The position numbers and the translations under genes are program-made. Shown here one piece after another: positions 46,706 to 64,000 of a DNA stretch of 64,000 nt. This DNA is from Macrostomum lignano (Eukaryota). How positions within the stretch are numbered: the stretch's first letter is position 1; each line of letters opens with the position of its first letter. The notes below the pieces were generated by a model. It was not told where the DNA came from. It did not search any database and saw nothing but the letters and a program-made list of their open reading frames with translations. The stretch lies in assembly GCA_002269645.1 (NCBI GenBank), contig NIVC01000801.1, positions 59,484 to 123,483 on the forward strand, given 5' to 3'.

Positions 46706-48006
46706 GTAATAAAATGAATACCAAGGAGCCTGTTTTAAATTCTTAGCCAAAAGTGCCAAATGAGAGTGGCAAACTCTTATAAAAAATTGATGATTCATAT
46801 TTATATTAGTTAATTATTAATATTAGTCATTAAAACAAGCTTCATTTTAAACTATCCAGCAAAATAAACATAAATACATACAGTAAAAAGTATAGTAAAA
46901 TATAAATAAATACAAATACAAATAATGCACAATGTGAAATAAGTACAAAATAATAAAATATGATTACTTTTAAAATAGATATAAAAATAAAGATATATTA
47001 CATTACCTTCCTCTATGAAAAAGACAATGTCCATATTGTCAATAAAAGTACAAAAAGATTGGAATACAAATTAAAGAAAATAACTATATGAATCATATAG
47101 TAAATATTATAGTAAATGCTAAATTTGAAGAAATAAATATTGAACTTTGCTTTCCCAACTAGACATTTGCAATGAGGAGACAGAATACATTAAAATAATA
47201 ATGGTCTGGTACCAAAAGAGAAGCCAATTACAAACACAAAAACCAGAACCCAATAGGGTTAGCAGAGCCCCGGGTTCTCCCTACCATAACTAGCGCAAAG
47301 CACAGCATGAATCAAGCAAAAACACTTTATAGCAAAAAGAATTGCTTGTACACTTTTGTGATGCACTGCCATTGGGTGACCTTTACAACAAGCAGAAAAT
47401 ATAGTACAACTTTCAAAAAATTATTTGAAAAGTAAAGTACATCATGGCAATTGCCAAAATACAATATAAAGTATATATGAAGAATTACAGTAGGTACAAA
47501 TTAAGTGCAATTACATTAAAAATCATTCAACACAGCTGGGAAGATGCAGCTTCTGGACTGTAGAACAGCAAAATTATCTGCACCTGCAATTTGATTGGCC
47601 AGGCTGATGTCAGCTAGCTAGGCACGTGCTGCTGATTGGCTATAACTTAAATATAATATTAATACATTTGCAGTTGATCAGTAGATCCAACAGAGTCCTT
47701 CCTGGAATTTGAGTCCTGGTGTTGTTGCCTTTGTAATGAAATGAATACCAAGGAGCCTATTTTAAATTCTTAGCCAAAAGTGCCAAATCAGAGCGGCAAA
47801 CTCTTACAAAAAATAAATGATTCATATTTATATTAGTTAATTATTAGTCATTAAAACAAGCTTCATTTTAAACTGTCTAGCAAAATAAACATAAATACAT
47901 ACAATAAAAGTATAATAAAATATAAATAGAATACAAATACAAATAATGCACAATATGAAATAAATACAAAATAACAAAATATGATTACTTTTAAAACAGA
48001 TATAAA
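46706..48006. repeat. Dispersed ~280-bp AT-rich direct repeat pair (46706-46985, 47732-48006)
   Basis: Both begin GTAAT.AAATGAATACCAAGGAGCCT.TTTTAAATTCTTAGCCAAAAGTGCC; moderately diverged. Confidence 0.85.
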
Positions 48007-51000
48007 GATACATTACAATAGCGCAAGATAAAGGCACAATTTGAATTTAGTGCAAAACCGAAATTTTCAATGAGACAACATATTCCCTAACAGAAAATTA
48101 GCATGTAATTTTTATTAGCACTTTTTGTTTGCCAGTATATTGATGGCTTTTTTAATTAATTCACATTAAACATTGTATTAAATATGGTTTTTGTGTTTTT
48201 TTAATAGGGCCTAAGTTGCAATTTATAATGCGAGCAAACTTTTTTGATAGGAATAGAAACCATTAGGCCTATAGAAGATTCCATCTATGGTCACCTCTTT
48301 TAAAAGTGCAGATGAAGTCTCTTTTTTGTGAGTGACAACTTGCTATGCCATGGCAGGCTTGATGCTTGAGTTGAAGAATGAAGTAGAGGGGTGGGGGTGC
48401 AATGTGTGAGGGTTTTATCAGATGGATTAAAGCTATTGATCAGTGATCAGTTTTCTCATATCTTTATTTAGAATAATCCAAGAGAAATTGCTCAGAGGTA
48501 CATAGAATGGTGACTTTTCAATCAATGTTGCTAAATATATATAAAATTTCAAATAAGAAAGAAATCAATTTGGAAATAGATAAAATATTTTGGGTCAAAA
48601 AGCAAATTTTCCATACTTTCAATGTTTGAATTTTGAATTTGAATGCCCCTATAGGGGATTAATGTGCTAGTATAAACTAATAATTTTCTATAATCTTGTT
48701 ACAGTTGGTTTCCCTACCATTATTTTTTGAATTATTAAGTGACCAAAAATAATACAGATAATCATACATGCATAAACCCATTGATTTATAATGGCTATCC
48801 AACTTACATTTTGACTAAAACAACTTACCTATAAAAGAAACCCTAAAACAAAAATTAACAAATTTTAGGTAAGTAGTAGGAATAACTATTATTAAGGCTC
48901 AATACCTTGTCATTTAATTAGTAATCACCTATATTTTTTCACTTGGGCATCTTCCCAACTTATCTCTAGTGGTCTACTATAATTTACAATGGCCAGATTA
49001 GCCAGGTCAGCTAGCAGTTGTGCATGTATGCTTTGACTTCTATTCTCAGATTATTCTCTTTAGGTCATTGCCAAGTTGGTTGGCAATATCTTTAGCAACT
49101 TCTGCAGCAACTAGGTCAGAACAAAAGTAGCTATTTACAGCTTAGAAGAATAGATTCCCTCAAGTAAGAGATACACATGATGAGCACAGTCAGATTGCCT
49201 TTTACCTCTTACTCAACAAGCCTTCAGCTCATCATCTGACCATAGGTGCCTTGCTAGTAAAATCCCAAACTCAGAATAAGATGAGTTGGTATGACCAATT
49301 TGACTTAAGTCAATTCCATTGAAAAGCATGGGTTCCAAATTCTCACACTTACTTCCAATAGCAATATCATTGAGAGGAACACTATTACCATTATGTTGAC
49401 CATTTTTCTAAGCCTTTTGCAACTTTCTCAGCTTCTGAATAACTGATTGCCACCCAAGCAATTTTGCAACATTTTTGTTCAACATTTTTAGTTTAGACAC
49501 TTGATCATTCTAATCACTGGTCATATTTGAAGTCATACTTATATTGATAGAGAATGGGTCATCATCATCACTTCTTCTCTATCTTCTACTATAATAAGTG
49601 TCAGTCTCATTCTTCAAAGAATCTTAAGCTGCTAGCTGCATGTCCTCATAAGAATCTGATTGATTATCAGGAAGATGACTTGTACCACCTGTGACCTGGC
49701 TTGAAAAGGTCACACTAGATGCACTAGCAATGCTAGAAGATTGACTAGTACTTAAGAGCAATGTGCTCATTGAAGAAAGGACAACATAGCCAGTTAGTCC
49801 ATTTGTTAACTATATGGCCATTTTTAGTTTGAGTTGTTGCAGGTCTATCTTGTAAAGCTCTTAGTAATAGCATTGAGTTGGCACTTAGCTTGGAATAGGT
49901 CTTATCATCTTTAAAGAATAGTAATGTATGTCATTTGGGCATGTTCCTCAAACCTATAGGCTGTTGAAATTCTCTGTCATTTTGAAACTTGGTATTGCCT
50001 TGAGTCTGCCATTCTGGAGTATAAGTAAAGTCAACTCATATTATAGGTATAGATTATACAACTATATACAATATAGTTAGTATATACAATATTAGTTCTA
50101 TAGAAAAAAACATTTTAGGAAATTAGGAAACAACTACCAAGAACAATGGTAGTTAGTCATTATGCACTAGGTTGTGGGAATACAATGGATGAGGCATTAG
50201 TTTCCAGCCAAGGTCCAGTAACTTTTTGTAAGTCACCTTGGTAGTTTGGGGATAAGGCATTATTGTGCAGGAATTAGACCAGACCATGATTCATTTGCTT
50301 CTGTGCAATGGTAGCAGCCAATCTATTAAGCTGTTTTTGGCATATACAAGCTTTATAAAAAAGTTGTGCATATTTTGTTATGCAAATAAATATGAAATTT
50401 TTATTCAATGTAAGCCATCAAAACAGTAATATATATATATTATATATATATACATATTCAATAATTAAGAAAGAATTAAAGTTTCTTAAAATTGGTTAAA
50501 AGAATATAAATAGGAATGATGCATTATGATATATTTTGTAATTTATTCTGCTCAAATAATTTGATGCTTTAATTTATTTCATAAATAAAATGATTTTTAG
50601 TGTTATTTAATTTGTTTATTGAGTATGCATATGCATATATGCTTGTTTTATTTTGTGACTTGGTGTACACTCTAATACAATGCTTTTTCTTTCTGGCATA
50701 TTGTACATGCGGCATGGTCTGCAATGTGGTGTTCACCCTGGTGTACTTTAAGTAACATTGTCACAAAACCAGCAAGAGGCATTGCTACCTATCCTGCTAA
50801 CTCCCCAGAGCAGGCACATAAGTACATAGATACTTATGCAGTTGTGTACACAAGCACACACAGGGGAGCACGAGAAATGCCTGCAGACAAATTGCCCGCA
50901 GGAGATTTTCCCATTGTGATTTTCCTGCTAAGATTTGCCCGCAACGCTTTTTTCCTATACAGTGCATTTTGCCACGTGGCAAAGTCTTTCTGCATTGCCT

Positions 51001-51579
51001 CCCCAATGCTTAGTAAGTCTTATTAATAAAGAGATTTACCCAATCAAACGTTTTGATAGTAACTGCATATCAAATGCATATTTTTTTGGGGGGGGGGCAA
51101 TGCAGACAGATTCCAGCTATCAAATGCGCTGCAGGAAAAAAGCATTGCGGGCAATTCTCATGGACCCCACACACAGGAATGCTCAGTTGACCTGACTTAG
51201 TTATTGTTAGCATGTACACTTTACTGTGCCTCGGGGTTTTGCTAAGACTTACAAAAAAGACTTACTAAGCATTGGGGAGAGGCAATGCAGAAAAAAAGCA
51301 CTGCGGTCAAATCTCTGCAGGCACCTTGTCAGTTTCTAATCATTATCATCACATTTGAACAATTAGTCTTTAATGATTTTCTTGTTCAAAGGTAACAAGT
51401 TAAAGTTGCGCAACTTGGGTTGTTTAATAATTATCTGAAAACCAGATTTCAACTTGTTTTACACGCCTGTTTTTCGCTTTCTAATGCATGCACCGAGAGA
51501 GCGCGCGAGTTCATGATAATTAGCGCCTAATTAGCTAATCTGGACCAGCCTTATCGCTTTCCGATCTGCAACTCCAACT

Positions 51580-60640
<9,061 letters not shown>

Positions 60641-60984
60641 AACCGTTAGGATCAGGCGATATGTGTCGAAAATTATTTAACTGTTTAATTGAAAAAAACT
60701 TGATTTCCATGAGACAAGCTGGCTTTCAATAATGACTTCCGTAGCATCTCATTGTTCTGTGCTCTTTTTTCTTTTTATTCATATATGGTGCTGCGCGTTC
60801 TCTCTGTCTGCTTGTCCGTTAATTTTTTAACGAATCTTATTTGTAACCCCGTTTATGGAACAAAATAATTTTTTCATTTCGTATTTTAATGCTACATTTT
60901 TTGTATTTTATATATCAATATATCCCATATAGTATACTACCAGTAGATTGATGTCATGCCTTTGTAGAAAAACTATAAATACAA

Positions 60985-61232
60985 CAGCCGATATGTATCG
61001 AAATTATATAAATTGAGTAGCCGATATGTATCGAAATTATATAAATTGAGTAGCCGATATGTATCGAAGCTATATAAATTGAGTAGCCGATATGTATCGA
61101 AATTATATAAATTGAGTAGCCGATATGTAGCGAAACTATATAAATTGAGTAGCCGATAGGCATCGAAAATATAAATTTAATAGCCGATATGTATCGAAAC
61201 TATGTAAATTCCGTAGCCGATATGTATCGAAA
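60985..61232. repeat. 33-bp minisatellite (GCCGATATGTATCGAAATTATATAAATTGAGTA)n
   Basis: About 7 units, intergenic. Confidence 0.9.
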
Positions 61233-62027
61233 TATTAACTTTGATTATCAATACGTACCGAGACATTTATGGCTGGAAGTTTTACGACAAGGCATTGTTT
61301 TGTCAGTCCATTATTAGTCTATCTAATAATGTCTTCCATGTCCTCAGCAGTGTTTCCTAGATTTTTATATTTAAAAGTTCCCTGTAGCCCTTTTTGTAAA
61401 AGTTGTTTGAATTCTTGTGGATCAATAGTTTTTTCGTGTCAGCCTGTGCTTACTTGGTTGCGCATTTTGTTTCAATAAAACAGTAAACAATGAGTTAATG
61501 CTTCACTCTGATTGCTGTTTTGAGTAGAGCCGTTGTCCAATTTCTTCTAAAAGCAGTGTTTAGTCAAACCGGTTTTATTGTTTATTTATTCATACATCAG
61601 CGCTTCCAGACTAGAGCTGGGCAGTCCTTATCTGATTCTAGTGTTAATTCCAATTGTATTTTTAATCTGCTGTCGAGTTTAGTTGCGCTATGAACTATGT
61701 ACTTGTGCTATTTCATTCCAGTTCTCTATGCCGACCGAATTCCGCGTGCCTTAAATAAAATAAAAGATTAGCGGCTTTTTTCCTTTCTTTCATCCATTTT
61801 CAATGACCTTACTTTGACCTAACTTTTTAGATAGACATTCACACTACTTGCTACTCAAATATTTGTACAGTAGTATAAATAGGTTAATAATCATACTACT
61901 CTTTCTCTTTCTAGTATAGTAGTGTAAATAGACTATGTGAATAATTCTTTTGAGTGTGAAAAACATCGAATTTGATTTCTGTCCTTGCAGGCACTTTCCC
62001 AATTGCCACCAAACTAATCGCTAGACT

Positions 62028-62612
62028 ATGTTCTCAAGCACTCTGGAGGTGAGCTCCACCTTCACTAAGAATTTGTGCGCCATATGCGGCGACCGCGCCT
62101 CCGGCAAGCACTACTCGGTGTACTCCTGCGAGGGCTGCAAAGGCTTCTTCAAGCGGACGGTGCGCAAGGATTTGAAGTACACCTGCCGGGACGAGCGCCG
62201 CTGCTGCATAGACAAGCGGCAGCGGAACCGCTGCCAATACTGCCGCTACATGAAGTGCCTGGCCATGGGCATGAAGCGCGAGGCCGTTCAGGAGGAGCGT
62301 CAGCGCGCCAAGGAGCGCGAAGAGGCTGCCGCCGCTGCAGCCGCCGCTGTGCCGGGGGGCGCCGCCGCCTCCACGGGTTTCAGCGCCACCGTCGGGTCTC
62401 CGCCAGCAGCGGCGGCGGCGCCGGCGGTCTGAGTTTCGGCGATCCGAACACGCCGGCGTCGGTCGGAGGCGCCTCTGGTGTCGGCGCCCCGGCTGCCGGC
62501 GCCGGCGCCGCCAATGGCGAGCACGGCATCGACGTGCAGAAAATTCTCAATGCCGAGCTGGCGCTGGAGCCGCCCATGTCTTCCTATGTGGACGCCACGG
62601 ACAACCCGGTGA

Positions 62613-62652
<40 letters not shown>

Positions 62653-63819
62653 GCCTGCCTGTCTGTCTTTCTACTAACCGGCCGTCTCCCCACCTGTCCA
62701 GGTGAGCCGCATCTGCCAGGCGGCCGACAAGCAGCTGATGGCGCTGGTGAACTGGGCCAAGCAGCTGCCGCATTTCTGCGAGCTGCCCTAGAAGACCAGG
62801 TGGTGCTGATCAAGAGCAGTTGGAACGAACTGCTGATTGCGTCGTTTTCTTATCGCAGCACGGTGGTGAGCAACGGCATCCTGCTGGCCACAGGTTTCCA
62901 CGTGCATCGCGAGGTGGCCAAAGAGCACGGAGTCGGCGCCATCTTTGACAGGATCCTGGTGGAGCTGGTGCAAAAAATGCGCGAGATGCGGATGGACCGG
63001 ACCGAGCTGGGCTGCCTCAAAGCCATCGTGCTGTTCAACTCCGACGCTAGGTCGCTCACGGCCAGGCCGCTGGTGGAACAGGTGGGTTCGCACTTTTATT
63101 ATTTAACTAGAAAATGTACTTTGTTTTTTACTCGGTGTTGTGATATTCGTTTTAATCGCACCCTGTCTTTCTATCGCAGCTCAGAGATGCTACCCTATCA
63201 CAGCACGGCTAACTGTGGAGCTCAAGTTTAGTTGCCTATCGCTTTCGGTGGCTGCATTAAGATGGGTGGCTCGAGCAGGGTACTAAGTACCCCCCCTAGT
63301 GTACCCTAAATTATCAGTCTTATTAAAAGAGCATCGTTTGATGTATAGTAGCACCTCATATATAGCCCGCCTCCTCGGGTTAAATGAGAGCTGAGCTTTC
63401 TGATTGCATTTAGTATATAGGACTAGCTCCACTGCCCCCCCCTCGGGCTAAATGAGAGCTGAGCTTTCTGATTGCATTTAGTATATAGGACTAGCTCCAC
63501 TGCCCCCTCGGGTTGAGTCTGACCTCCTTAGGAATAATAAGGAAGAATAAGTTGATTTACGATTATCCCAACTCATTATCATTCTTTGCTTTGGTCGACC
63601 TCATCCGCTTGGTCAGGTGCGGCGACAAGCTCTACTTGGCTCTGGAGGAGTACTGCCGGAACGCCTACCCGGACGAATCCGGCCGCTTCTCCAGGCTACT
63701 CTGCTAGGCTGCCGCTCTGCGCAGCATCGGCCTAAAGACCCTGGACACTTGTTCTTCTTCCAGCTGGTGGCCAGACTCCCGAGGACTCCTTCCTGGCCGA
63801 GATGCTCGCCGAGCCTTGA
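62028..63819 (+). CDS. RXR: Retinoid X receptor (NR2B) with several apparent 1-nt indels
   Basis: Exons ~62028-62608, 62702-63081, 63617-63819. [33 protein letters not shown]...[11 protein letters not shown]; [45 protein letters not shown]-2 FLAEML. Confidence 0.9.
63373..63514. repeat. ~68-bp tandem duplication in RXR intron
   Basis: CCTCGGG(T/C)TAAATGAGAGCTGAGC...CTCCACTGCCCC occurs twice, plus a partial third copy. Confidence 0.85.
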
Positions 63820-63829
63820 GCTTCCCGAC

Positions 63830-63832
63830 TGC

Positions 63833-63883
<51 letters not shown>

Positions 63884-63915
63884 GTGTCTGTCTGTCTGCT
63901 GTCGTGTGTGTGTCT
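63830..63915. repeat. (TGTC)n microsatellite; another at 62610-62665
   Basis: Visible tetranucleotide repeats. Confidence 0.9.
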
Positions 63916-64000
63916 GCCGGTCTGTCTACCTCCCTACCTCCCTGCTCGCATGACAATGTCCCTTTCAGCCTGTACATAACAGTCCGTGTCAGCACCGCAT

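Overview
Eukaryotic (animal) genomic DNA. GC-rich exons are separated by introns filled with minisatellites, a style suggesting a flatworm such as Macrostomum (inference only). Host genes reconstructed by hand from GT-AG splice sites: a VGLUT-like SLC17 transporter (+, 5'-truncated), a type II membrane protein with two tandem METTL24-like domains (+), an abLIM-like LIM+villin-headpiece gene (-), a PPM1H-like PP2C phosphatase (+) and an RXR nuclear receptor carrying several 1-nt indels (+). A cryptic + strand gene may lie at 11.4-20.6 kb. The standout is a 10.8-kb Ty3/gypsy LTR retroelement (34008-44839, - strand; 1056-bp near-identical LTRs; TAAT target-site duplication) inserted into the RT of a LINE. 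Its order is gag - acidic spacer - internal signal sequence - class III-like (gB/chuvirus-type) fusion glycoprotein with furin site and TM - cytoplasmic tail with YPSI/PTAP/PPGY late-domain motifs - PR-RT-RH-IN, followed by a small myristoylation-motif RING ORF. The env-like gene therefore lies between gag and pol and its C-terminal half is in frame with pol. Three -1 frame breaks interrupt what would otherwise be one ~2487-aa polyprotein. Homology calls come from motif recognition by eye; no database search was run, so novelty is untested.
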